Shown piece by piece: positions 1 to 30,700 of a DNA stretch of 64,000 nucleotides (positions are counted from its first letter, which is position 1; the number at the start of each line of letters is the position of its first letter). A program made the translations under genes and the position numbers. The notes beneath the pieces were generated by a model. The model saw nothing but the letters and a program-made list of their open reading frames with translations. It did no database searches and had not been told where the DNA came from. The stretch spans positions 1,178,001-1,242,000 of the forward strand of contig CDRNST010000239.1 of assembly GCA_977016875.1 (NCBI GenBank), in the 5' to 3' direction. Origin of the DNA: Pavona decussata. Taxonomy: Eukaryota.

Positions 1-134
1 TTTGTCCGTGATTGGTTTAGTAAACGGCAGGCTTGTTCCGATTTGCCAAAACACGCTGTACGTGTTTTAAACAGTTTTGTGTATATTTTTTCGGAGGATT
101 AAAGGAAACTTACGATAACGTTGGACTGTCAAAA

Positions 135-304
135 GGCCATTACCTAGTCGCTTTGTACCTCATTATGAAAGTGACGCTAAGTGCAAAGCTTTTCATGTGA
201 AAATTAGTTTTGTTTACATGTGAATGAAAACTACTTCTCGTAATGAAATCTATGCACGAAGCCTCGCTTTCATAATGAGGTTCAAAGCAACTCGGAAATG
301 GCCT
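135..304. mobile_element. MITE (GGCCATTTCCGAGTTGC-type terminal inverted repeats)
   Basis: Imperfect palindrome ggccatt..aatggcc; a second family member is at 385-492. Confidence 0.6.
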
Positions 305-384
305 ATTCTCCACTTCAGAAACTATGGGGAGACTGGTACGAGTGAGGGTTTATGGGATCGTTTGGGCAGACAGATGGATAGGGA

Positions 385-492
385 ATAGACCATTTCCGAG
401 TTGCAGGGAACCTCATTATGCCGGAAAGCGAGGCTAAGTTGCATTTAGCCTCGCTTTCATAATGAGGTTCAAAGCAACTCGGAAATGGCCTA
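385..492. mobile_element. MITE, same family as 135-304
   Basis: tagaccatttccgagttgc...gcaactcggaaatggccta hairpin; the right arm is nearly identical to that of 135-304. Confidence 0.65.
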
Positions 493-708
493 AGGAAGCC
501 GCGGCATTTCTTGGCAGTCAGTTGTATGAAAACTATTTAACAAGAGCGACGCTACCCCGAGAAAATGCCTAAAATGAAGTGCATTTTTCGTCGGCGTGAT
601 GTACATCCGTCTACCCAGTAGTTCCCACAATCATTTACTCGTACCAGACTTCTCAATGTTTCTGAATTGGGGAATTGAAAATCCTGCAGGAAGTAGTCCA
701 CAACTTAC

Positions 709-18876
<18,168 letters not shown>

Positions 18877-20769
18877 TGAATGAAAAGCAACCAGTGAGAA
18901 TTTCTCCTAGAAAAAAGAAACACAGATTTCCATGAACAGGGACATAGTGGGACAGTGATGCTAGCATTTTTTCTGCAAACGAAATCAATTTTCATATGAA
19001 ATATCAAGGCTGTTACACCAGTAAAGGTTGACTAAAATTTTGTAAGATGCATAAAATTATTCTTCGAAAGTACATTCACCTTGGCTCAGCCACATGTTGC
19101 TTTGAGCTTCACACCCGTGACAATCTTGCTGCTTGGTGGGCAACATGAATTGTCAAAATGTCAAATTTATATCACCCATAACATCAAGGTTCTTTCAATA
19201 ATATTGAGCTGTAACAGTGTTACAGGTTGCGACCCTTAATGGCAGCTCTCATTAACAACCCCCTAATTGACTAGGGGCAGGGAATTTTCCATTGGATGTA
19301 ATTATGCAACACTTTAAAAAAGGTTGAGCAAACAGCTTAATAAAACATCTTTAAACACATGTAAATGCAATGAAAGGGAGGACAAATAGACCTGATACAA
19401 AAATGGCTGACATTTTAATATTCTTTTGTCTGCATTCAAATTAGCCTGACTAGCCTCGTTCAAGGTGAAATAAGACTTTTGATCTTTAAACTCGAGAACA
19501 AGGTTAGTTTGGCTTGAATGCAGACAAAAGAATATTAAAATGTTAGCCATTTTTGTTTGGGGTCTATAGGGAGTTCACACTCCCCTTCCCTCCCTTTATC
19601 AAGGGTGCATTCCCTGCATGTCCCACACCAAAGATTCACCAAGAGTGTTGAAGTTCTATGCCCCGCGGGTGCTGAAGCGCCAATATCAGGGAAATGTTAT
19701 CAATGGCAACTGCCATTCCAACCTTGTCCTCCAGGCTCCTTAAGCCTGTCAGAGACTCTTAACCAGGTGAGAAATCCTGGATATTTTTGGATATTTGAAT
19801 GGTAGAAAGTTTTGAAAACCCAAGGTAGTTTTTCTTGCCAACACTTTTGAGGTAATCTTATACCAGGTACTATCTCTGTCTAACCCTGCTTTACGTCAAA
19901 GACAGTGATGGTGGCACACCAGTATGCTAAGCGATTTGGAAAGCCACAACAAAGATCTCAAGTGTAACCTATATAAAATGTAGCTTGGCTCTCCACACTG
20001 TAAAAACAGTGTTTGTAGTACTAATCTCATTAAAAACTTTGTACAGCCAGTACCAAAGAAGACCTGCATCAAATAACAGTCTGTAAAGCAAGTTCATCTG
20101 ATCTCACTTCATTGCTCATATCTTACATGATCCTAGATCCTTTCTCCCCTACCCTCCTGTACATCACACACCTGGTACAATAAGTTTGATTGTTCACCTA
20201 ATAATAATAATAATAATGATGACGATGATGATGATGTTGATAATAATAATAACAATGATTTATTAGAAGTATTTCCGCTGGGTGGCTCTTCGCCTTCTAA
20301 TCAACTACATAATTATTACATATTGAACTTAAGAATATCTCAAATGAAGTGGTGCATGGAAAAAAGCTTTAAGTGACATCTGATCTCAAGTCAAATTCTC
20401 CTTTGCTCATTGAAGGAAGAACAAGGCAATGTGCCAGGAGAATTAAGTAGTCTATCAGATGTCACTTAGGGCTTTTTTCCACGTACCCCTTCATATAATA
20501 TACGGCAAAATTCCCATACATTAATTATGTATACACTTTGCATTTTCAACTTCTATTCACGCCTGCCTTTTTGGAAGAGGGTTAGTATGACAGTGGTGCA
20601 TGTATAATTAGTATATGGGGCTGTGCAGAAATCTTACCTAATATTATTGTTGATACCATAAAATTTCACCTAAAATAGCATATCCTATACCATCAATGCC
20701 TTTTACGGCTGCCTTTCAAAATTTCCAACGTTTCCCCAAGGTTTAACCTTCTCACTTAGTCTTAGCCTT

Positions 20770-20872
20770 CTCACTACCCGCCTAGATTAGCTCTGACTAG
20801 CTACTTGCGGGTTAGTGTTGTCTTTGAATTTTACGTTAAACATTTTTGAATAAACTTGAAACTTGAAACTTG
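20770..20872 (+). mobile_element. LINE 3' end fragment
   Basis: Hairpin ctacccgc..gcgggttag, AATAAA, then an (AAACTTG)n tail. Confidence 0.45.
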
Positions 20873-21152
20873 TTACCAAGAAACTCACTGTAATTAAGAA
20901 AGTGCTTAGTATACACTTTCACTACAAATTTTTAGTTCTTTAAAATTTGATTTGAAAAAATCAAAATCAAAGAGTATGATAAAAATAATTTAAACTTAAA
21001 GTATATTCCGCATTTAAGCTTACAAGTTATGGAAATGCATTCAAGCTGAAGCTCACCATGGAGAATTTAATACCGGCCTTGGTCAGGATTGTCGATGGAA
21101 CACATTACTTTACAAAAGTACGCTTTACATTGTTCCAAGAAAGAATACTCAC

Positions 21153-22081
21153 CAAATGGGGATTTTTCTCGTACGCTTGACTAAGCACAAAGTTAACGGT
21201 AGAATTTTTACAGCTGAGATCGAACTACCTAGTGTACATGTAGCACCATGCGACAAGTCAACCACTCAGTTTGAAATGACATCGCCTTTAAACAAATAGA
21301 GTGCGAAGCTGATTAATTGGCAGATTGCCTGGTAGGCGATACCGTATCTTAATCCTTTCCATTAAGCGGATGATAATTTTAGAAGCATTACAACAGCATT
21401 GTAGAATTTTAGATTTCACGTCCTGTTTTGTCCCCCGCGCGAATTTTTCGTTTCCGTGTTTATTGAGCCTGCTATCACAAAGCGCCTTGTCTACAGAAGA
21501 GTATGCTCAATATGCCGAGCAAAACATATATCTAGGGTAGGGTGGGTCAGCTACTGGTGGGTAAAAATCGACTTAAAATGATACTTTACGTTGAAATGGT
21601 GTGAAATGTCTTGAATAGAAATGAAATTGATAAATTTTTCTCTACATTTTAAAACTTAAGAAAAATTTGTGCACCAGGGAAGACGTTGAAGGTGGTTTTC
21701 TTTACCCTACCGGGGTGGGGTGGGACTGTGTATCAACCTTGATCTAACTACTTCCGGTGTTTCCAGGAACACGAAAGGGAAAGTCGACTGAGGGGTTTTA
21801 CAAATCCATTTTTTGATCAATGACTAATTCATGTTCGTTTTGATCTGAAACTTATATCTTCAATATTCCTCATGTAGAAGGTTTTCATTCACGATTTTCG
21901 TACGTTCTGAGCGGGTGACTGATTACAATCCATTTGTCAAAAACCCAAAATTGGAAGCAACATCTGAATTCTGTTAGGTCTTCCTGTGTCCGAATTTCCC
22001 GCTCTTAGCATCGTGCTTTCGACATAGCTCCGAGAAAGCGCTTATAGCTGGAAGTCGACGGAAGAGAAAAGCTGTTTAAAC
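21153..22081. promoter_or_regulatory. putative bidirectional promoter and 5'UTR exons of the two paracaspase genes
   Basis: CpG-richer than the flanking introns; outward-facing donors GTGAGTATT at 21152 (minus) and 22082 (plus); ETS-like ACTTCCGG at 21750-21757. Confidence 0.55.
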
Positions 22082-24487
22082 GTGAGTATTCGAAATGCAT
22101 TCTCTCTTTTATAGTTTTAACTGGAACGAATTATGTAGTAGCTAGAACGTCGACCTTTGATGAGGTTTGTACATGTTTTGTCGGGTCCATTTCAGTCAGG
22201 CGCGTACGTAGCTGCAATCGCATGCGTTAAAGTGGACCAGATTTTTGCTGTCTTACAAAGATATCTCATCGTTGAAACCTTCCTACCTGGAAAGTTAAAA
22301 TGTCCCCTGCTCTGCAATTGTCTGCTAATGGCACGATCTTTCACAAAATGTTTCTAAAACAGACATGGCAGATTGTGTTAAGGAAGTCTTAAGCTTTCAT
22401 TATATTAATATAAAGATGTTTTTTACTGCAATTGCCAATAAATAACACTTGATCTACCGTCTCCAAAAGAGTTGAATGATGTCGCGTTTGGGTGGACCTC
22501 AATCAAAGAGAGCCGTTGTCAAATAATTTTGAATTCTGACAAGATTTCAAGACCAATGATCCAAGAAATTGACAATTTAACCCACTATACTAAGAGTTTA
22601 TTTTAATTAAGTAAAGCATTCTGCTTTGGATGTGTTGAAAAGTAAGCTAGACTTACCTATTCCTCTAATTGGGTTGAGCCCTGCAGTTGTTGCCATATAA
22701 CAGTTGTCTACATGACACAGACAGTACACCAACATTCATGAATCAAAGTGAGACATAAACTGAGGGCCAGCAGTGATGTAAGGATCAGTTGATTTTTCCA
22801 AGAATTCAACACCCATTGAGCTGTTACCTAAATTAGGATTTTTTCCTACCAGTAAATAACCATATTTGGTGGCTTCAGTTGATCAACTTTTTTTCAAATG
22901 TAAATTCATCCAAACCTACATGTTTCACAGCCTGCACAATTGCGACATTGAGCCATTTTTCACTATTAATAGTCTATTATTCTTTGTTGCGTGTTGTTGT
23001 TTTATGGCAGTTCATTCAGACCAAACAACTTGGCTTGTGAGACTGTGAGATTCAAATTTCAAAATACGAGATTTCGAGATTCTAGTTTGAGACGCTGAGA
23101 TTTTGAGACTTGCCGAAAATTTTCCGAAATCCATCTTTTTTCAAGGACCATCAGAACTATACCCCTAATAGGACACAACTTGTGAGTGGATTAATGTTGA
23201 CACTGAGGTTAAGACTGTACTGTAGAATGCGACATGGTGGGGTCAGGATTGTTAAAGGATGATCTATACGTATCAATGTGAGTTTGTCACAATGATGTCA
23301 CAGTATCAATTCCGCAAGGCAATCCCAATATCTCACTTATACCTAACTAACAAACTGCTATCAACCTGGAGGAGTAAATACATGTGGTTTGATATGGTAA
23401 TTATCAATTAAGGCTGCAAAGTTTATGGGGTCATCTATGAAGGTGCTCAGCTCACCTGTTAAACCTGATGGAATTGCAGTTGACAAAACTTGTAGCATAT
23501 CAGCACTATTTTTTTGCAATTTTGTCTTCTGCTGATGCCAGAGCTGTTGTCAATATATTTTTTTGAAAGTGGATGACAGGAAAGTTAGATATTTGTTCAA
23601 AACTGATATGAAAGTTATATTATTGAACACACACAAAATGAACAGATGATGTGTGCTGGGACAGACAGCTTTTTTTTAACAGCTTTATTGGGTGCTCCTC
23701 TTACAATATATACAGTCAACTCTCTCATAGCGACCACTTCTCCTAAGCGACCACCTCCCGTAAGCGACCACTTCATAATCAACTGTTTTGTTTCTCAGTT
23801 AAATACTGTTTCAAGAGCTCTCCCGCCACTCAAATTTCTTAAGGGACTGCGACCACCCAACATAATCACGTACGATCGTTAGTAAATCATCACTCAGAAG
23901 TGACAAAAGTTCAATTTTTAATGACGCTACCCCGGACTGCTGAAAGATAATTTTATAACAGTTCGGTTACAGACAGAGAAGATGGTTTTTATTAGATCTG
24001 TAGGTAAACGGGAATTGTTACAGTGATCTTTTCCAAAATGTTGTACAAAGTTTCATCAGAAGAATGAATAGATGTGAAAAAATCAAACAAATAAGCTTCT
24101 ATTTGCCTAAGTTTAGCTGCTTACAAAAGGTAATATTTTATGTAATTAATTAATCAATTCAGTATTAGGCCTATTTTGTTGATCTTTCCCGTAAGCGACC
24201 ACTTGGTCGTGCCTTTAGGCGAGCAAAAACTGGTTGTGGCTGCTAGCTTACAAACCCTGTTCCAAAGTTTAACTGTTCTGTTAAAGTACAAGGCCAAAAA
24301 AGTAGATGTTTTACAAAGAGGGGTACATAGATTGAAGGAGTTAGTTTGTCTTGTACGACCGTGGGAAACCAAAGATCATCTAAATCAGTACTACAAGAAG
24401 AACATCTAAATCAGTACTACAATAAAGGCATTTATAAAAAAAGACCTAGTCTTTGAGTTTGCGATCTAGAGAGAGTGGAAGTAAGTC

Positions 24488-24606
24488 TAGCCTCCCTCGC
24501 AGACGCTCTTTTGGTTTGTCACGCAATCTTTCCTCCCCAAGGAGATGTGTTCGTTGGGGAGGAAAGATTGTGTGACGAGCCAAAAGAGCGTCTGCGAGGA
24601 AGGCTA
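24488..24606. mobile_element. MITE hairpin
   Basis: tagcctccctcgcagacgctcttttgg...ccaaaagagcgtctgcgaggaaggcta. Confidence 0.7.
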
Positions 24607-24783
24607 AAGTACATGTAAGTCTAGCCTGCAGGTAGGCTTGTTTCAGTCCATCCACAGGTCATACATGCTCCAACTCACTTCTCTGTGTTTGATACGATTG
24701 CGTGAACGGACCTAATACAGTAGTATGATAACTGGCCTAATGTAATCCAAAATTTCTACATTCCACACGCAGATTAATTGATC

Positions 24784-27700
24784 ATGGCTTACATGGACAA
24801 GCAAATAAGAAGGCTGTCTTATGGCATTCAGAAGAAATTAGCAGATCTGCTTGATATGGTTGGCCCTCGTAACTGGAAAGCCCTCATCAGTGTTATGCCG
24901 GATAATGCATACACACCTGAGGAGGTAAGGAGATATAGTCATGTGTAAATCTAGGTAAATCCCTCAAGTTAAAGATCAGTTTAAACATGAGAGAGCCTTT
25001 GCACACTAGGAAATTCAAGCTGCAATAATTTATTGCAATCCCGATGCCAAAGCAAACATACTGGTACCTTAAAAGTTACACATTCTTTAAACTACCTTGT
25101 AGTGATTGTCACACTTAAGCCAATTTTGGTTTGATTTCATGGCTGACCAGTGTACAAATTAACCTTGAAAATTTGTCTTAATTGTGTGTTTTATTGAGAA
25201 GTACTCCTCTCTCCAAAAAAGGTGGAAACTTATTATTAGTTATCTTATTAGTGTCATGCAACTAGTATGTACCGACATTTTTTGAGTGTCTGTAAATGGT
25301 ATACTCTGTAGGTGGTGTAAGTCCCGTAGCTATAGCAAAACAAAAAGTATTATAAGGTTAGCAATGTAATGTGTTACAATGAATAAATGATTAAAGACAA
25401 AAAATCTGTAGTACCTATGTACAACTAGGAGAGTATTTCCCCCTGGTTGGGTTGCTTGTCAATCACAGGATTACCACTGCTAATATGTTGTTCTAGAAAA
25501 TATCCAATACATTCCCCATGGAAGGTTTTTGGTTTGAGCTCCCCACCCCCACCACTCTGGAAATTCCAGTTTAGCTCCATCCTTTTCTTTAAAAATTTTG
25601 GGCTTTTCATACCCCCATCCCCCTCAGAATTTCCAATGACCTTTCATGGGGTGGGTATGGATATTTTCTGGAACTGCACAATATATGGCTAGTGCATAGA
25701 TCAAGGCCTTGTGCTACTGTTTTGTCTCCTTTGACAAGAAATTTCCTTACATTGACTCTCTTTCAACGTAACACCACAATTTATTGTTCACAGAACGGTC
25801 AGAAAAAAGAAAGGTTTGACAAGTACAGTTCAGCTAGTCTGTTCCAGGCTCTTGTATCAACATTGTAAATATAAAAAGACTTTCTCAAAGTCCAGATTCC
25901 AGGTGCTCACAGAATATACGACGTTCTTGCTGCGTAGGCCAAGCGAAGCGTTTGCATGACAGATTGTTTTTTTTTTTGGCACAAGGAAGCTTCTGTTTTT
26001 CGCCCTCCCTTTCTCCCTCTCTGTTTTCCACTGTTTTATCAGTGTGACAGGTGCCTGTCCTCCCTCAATGGCCTGGGGGCTCATGGCTGGTTTGCCAGGA
26101 TTTGCCAGCCATGGGAACGGTCTCAATCTAGGAGCTGGCTGCCAATAGTGGAAGCTCCTGGCACCCAACTTCCACTTAGTGATGCGGTTGCTAAATCAGA
26201 TTTTGCTGCCAGATCAGTAAAATATTGTTAATAGAACGTGACTGTCATGAGCTACTTATTCTCAGTGAGCCATTCATGGCTTATTTTTATCAATGGAGCT
26301 ACTGTGTAGTCATGCTTCCAAGCTCATCAAAATCAATAGTTTTGTTGCAGCTTTGGTCGCTTTGTCCTTTGCATATTGTGGCATTTTTTTGCATTGGCTG
26401 AAAGTATTATTAGGCCCCCAAACTGTTGTATAGTACAGCTTAAACTACTGGCTAACTCAGCAGACATTGCCTAGCTATAAAAGTCCAAGCAAACCGTTCA
26501 AGGTCCACTTTGCAGTTCTGTTGTGCAGTGTAGTCGGTATTTGCTGTCAATTTAGCAAACTTTTTTTCCCTACCGCCCGCCCATTTGGAGATGGGTTGGC
26601 TACATTCCTTGCTTTTTAATTAACTAGCCAAGGGTCAATCCTGTGTGGTGCGGTGAAGTCTGCCAAGCTTAACTTCCCCCAAGCTTGTTCGCATGGAAGT
26701 TTTTGGTTATCACCTGCTAACCAATACTCTTGACCAATCCAGCATGTGCTGTCTACCGTTCAGCTCATAGTGCTGGGGAGATAAGTGAGGTTGGTTTGTC
26801 AAGCAAATCGGGAGTCGCACTGACTAACCAACCACAAGGCAGTGAACATTCCCCTCAATAAAGCCATCTTGAATCATTATCTTGTTTGTTGAATGAGTAT
26901 TTTGCGCATTCCTTCATGTTCGATCCTCAGGAACAGTGGCATTAATCGAACATTTGTCAAATGAGTCCATTTAAAAAAGATCACATTAATATTAGTCAGT
27001 TTACTAAGTTTGAGGTTCTGTTGATAGATTGCAACCACGTATACGGCTTTTAGGAATCTGAAAAATTAGTCAGAGACTTTGTATGTATTTGTGAGATGCC
27101 ATCTCAGAATTAGACACATTTGTATGGAATTTGGGCAACCTTCGACAGGTCACAGCCTGGTCACTACGCAATGAAAGATAACCAAACTTCCTAAACTTAC
27201 TAATTTTTATGTGATCTTTCTGGCGATGGGGTTCATTTCTTCATATGACGCAAATTTGAACAATATGTGTAAACTATCGCCTTTTATGAACTTTGAAAGG
27301 CAATCCAATTTGCAATTGTGCAAATGATGATGATGATGTGATGTTGGTTGTACAAACTCCTCCTAATGAACATGTTACAATTTTCAGGTGAATTTATTTG
27401 AGATGGAATCAATGAGGATGGGAGGTAGTCCGACCATGGCTTTGCTAACAGACTTGGGGCAAAGATGCAAGACTGTGAAACAGTTGGTTGTCTGGCTGAA
27501 AAAAATAGAAAATGACAAAGCCCTAGACATACTGGAATATCAAGGTAATTAAAGTGTTGTAGCCCTTTAAGCCCCAATGTCACTACACACACATTTTTGT
27601 TGTTCGTGGCAATTACTTCTGAGGCTACTATTTGGGAGACAGATGTTTGGTTTATCAACAGAGCTGATAACTAAAGGTAAATTGGCCACCGTAAAGAGAT

Positions 27701-30700
27701 TGGAGTGCTGACGTTTCGAGCGTTAGACCTTTGTCGGGAAGGATCTGCTCTGATGAAGAGGTTCGCTTTGACGAAGGGCTTATGTTTGAAATGTCAGCAC
27801 TCAAATCTCTTTAGGGTGCTAATTTAATTTTAAATAGATATCAACTCTGTTGATAAACCAAACATTTGTTTCTGCTCCCTGGACACCAATGCAGTACTGT
27901 AGTTTCTTTAGAAACTAACCAAATCCATTTTTTTTTTTTTACTATTTGGGAGAATTTGCCTGAATGTTAAGACATTTTAACTCATTCTATTTGAGAGAAT
28001 CCTATCATGTGTTAACTGTCTGATCTTTGGTGATCATTTTCTTTATTGCCATGACTTGTAACACGGGGTTTATTCGAACCTGAGACCCAGGCACTGGTAC
28101 TGAAGCGGGACCTGGTTACTGACACCCGTTTACTCTGAACATGATACACTTTCCCTGTCTTTGGAGAGATTTATATGCCAGTCTAAACAAGACAAATCAA
28201 TGAATGGTATCCATCTATTTACCATTAATAACCCCCCTACCACAACCATTAATGAAAACCTTNNNNNNNNNNNNNNNNNNNNNNNNNNNNNNNNNNNNNN
28301 NNNNNNNNNNNNNNNNNNNNNNNNNNNNNNNNNNNNNNNNNNNNNNNNNNNNNNNNNNNNNNNNNNNNNNNNNNNNNNNNNNNNNNNNNNNNNNNNNNNN
28401 NNNNNNNNNNNNNNNNNNNNNNNNNNNNNNNNNNNNNNNNNNNNNNNNNNNNNNNNNNNNNNNNNNNNNNNNNNNNNNNNNNNNNNNNNNNNNNNNNNNN
28501 NNNNNNNNNNNNNNNNNNNNNNNNNNNNNNNNNNNNNNNNNNNNNNNNNNNNNNNNNNNNNNNNNNNNNNNNNNNNNNNNNNNNNNNNNNACTTTGGCTG
28601 GTTAGGCCCTAATAATTATAATAGCTAATAACAATAGCTAATTTGCTGAAGCAAAAACAAAAAAAAGTTAAACAGGAAATTCTGTAATAAAAGGTGCCTT
28701 GGCTAGCCAATCAACCATCAGTGTAAACAACTGGTAAAAACAAATTGCATTTTTTCAATGACCATTTCTGAAAAAATTGGTTAGTTTTTGGAACATACCC
28801 TGTAAAGCGAATTAGAATTTACCAATGTATGATGTTATGAGATTTGAGGCACTGTTTTCCAGAGTTCTGACCCTTCAGTCAACAACATGCCATGACTTCA
28901 GGAATGATGTCTAAACTTGCATTTCACACGAGCAAAGGTGTAAAATGAAGGAGGAGCTTGCCCTTTTTATAGCGGAACTTTTTGTTTAAGTTATGACAAC
29001 TTACAGTGCTAACAAATTAAATTAATCATATTACAATATATTTATATTTAACTATTGTAAATAAATGCTATCTCAAATCAGAAATTAAACCTAATTTTCT
29101 ATATGGCAGCCTTAAAGGCATTCAATGTAGTTGAAGCCCTAACATTGTTTGATAGCAAGTTCCAAACAGTAGCGGCCAAGGAGAAGTTACAGTGTAGCTG
29201 CTAATCTCTACTGGACTTAAAGAACTAATTAAAATCAACGTACGCAACATTTAACAGTGCGGGTTGTATCCACATGCACCTACCCATTCAATTAAAATTT
29301 TAAATAATTTGTATAATTTTTTTTAAATGTTCACCATATAGAGGAAATAGTAATCATCGAACAGCCCAGGTCACACTCAGTTCGCGCTGGCATGAGCGTA
29401 ACTTTGAGGTGCAAGGCCACAGGGTATCCAACTCCAGAGTATCAGTGGGTTAAGGATGGCGCAGCCCTACCAGATGGAGTGGACGAAGAGCTTACTTTTG
29501 ACAGTGCAGACACGAGTGACAGTGGCAAATATCATTGCATCGTGTCTAATCGATTGAATGCAGAAAAAAGCAATGCTGTGGAGTTACAAGTATTACCTTC
29601 ACCAGGTGAGTTGATCATGATGAATGGCTAGCTGGTTGACAGTTTGGCAACCCTTTTTTTTTAAAAAAATAAAAAAACAGCTCAGAATTAAAGGTCCTTA
29701 CTATATGGCTTAGGCTAGTGGCTGATATAACGCGTGCTCTGATTGGCTAAGAGCAAGATCAGAGCAGGGTATTATGCACCCGTAATGCTCACAGGCTGAT
29801 TACAGATTATGCAAATTAGGGTTAGGCTTCTTTTTTTCCTTATAAAGAAAGTCACATAATAAACAACTTAATAACCTCAATCATTTGGTCATTACAGGAA
29901 AATCTCAAACCTTGGCCTAGCCGTATTGACCTCATGACATGGCAAGGCCTCAGTTTGAGATTTTCCCATAACGACCTCACTGTCAGTTTTGTAAATGTGC
30001 ATATTAATCTACATGCAATCTTATTAAATTAGTAAATTCGCATATTAACCCTTTCACTCCCAGCAGTGATCAATGTGTAATTTCTCCTTACATTATCAAT
30101 ACAGTGTCAACCGGACAGGTAATGAGAAATATAAAGAAAATCTTCAACTGGGTGATATTGTTTGATTTAACACCAAATCCTGTGATGTATGGCAGTTTGA
30201 GTCAGGAGAATTAACATTCAGATTGTGGGAGCGAAAGAGTTAAATTATCTAAATTTTTGTGTGATTTGTTAACATGATTAGAGGTGCAAAATAGTCCCTA
30301 GGGGAATCCAGAGTCTTGTAAAATTTAGGTTAGGTCTCGAAATCTTTGATTTTGTAGACTGGGTGTTGAAATCTCCCGTTTTCTGAGCTTGCATGCCTGC
30401 AGGGCTATTTACAGACTATATCAAGCTACAGTTTATGCAGTCTCAGTCTCAGGTAGTAAAACCCGGGTCAGCATCTCGACAAGCCTTGGATTTCCCTGCC
30501 AGCATGCAGGCCTTTGATTAACCAGTACCATCCCTCCCCTAACCCTCTCATTTTAATTGCAAAAACAGATTGAAATAAATACCCTGGGGGATTGTCAAGA
30601 CAGCCAATGTTCATACTGGTAATTTGGACGTGTAAAGAATGAGACATTAGTGCTATAATCTTGGTATTTACCTTCAAGCTGCTCCTTTTTTAATTTCTCT

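Noticed and set aside
21158-22000. NF-kB sites in the shared promoter (GGGGATTTTT, GGGAAAGTCG, GGGAAATTCG)
   Set aside because: Each deviates from GGGRNWYYCC, which is too weak to support a feedback claim.
28161-28628. ORFs spanning the N run
   Set aside because: Artefact of the assembly gap.
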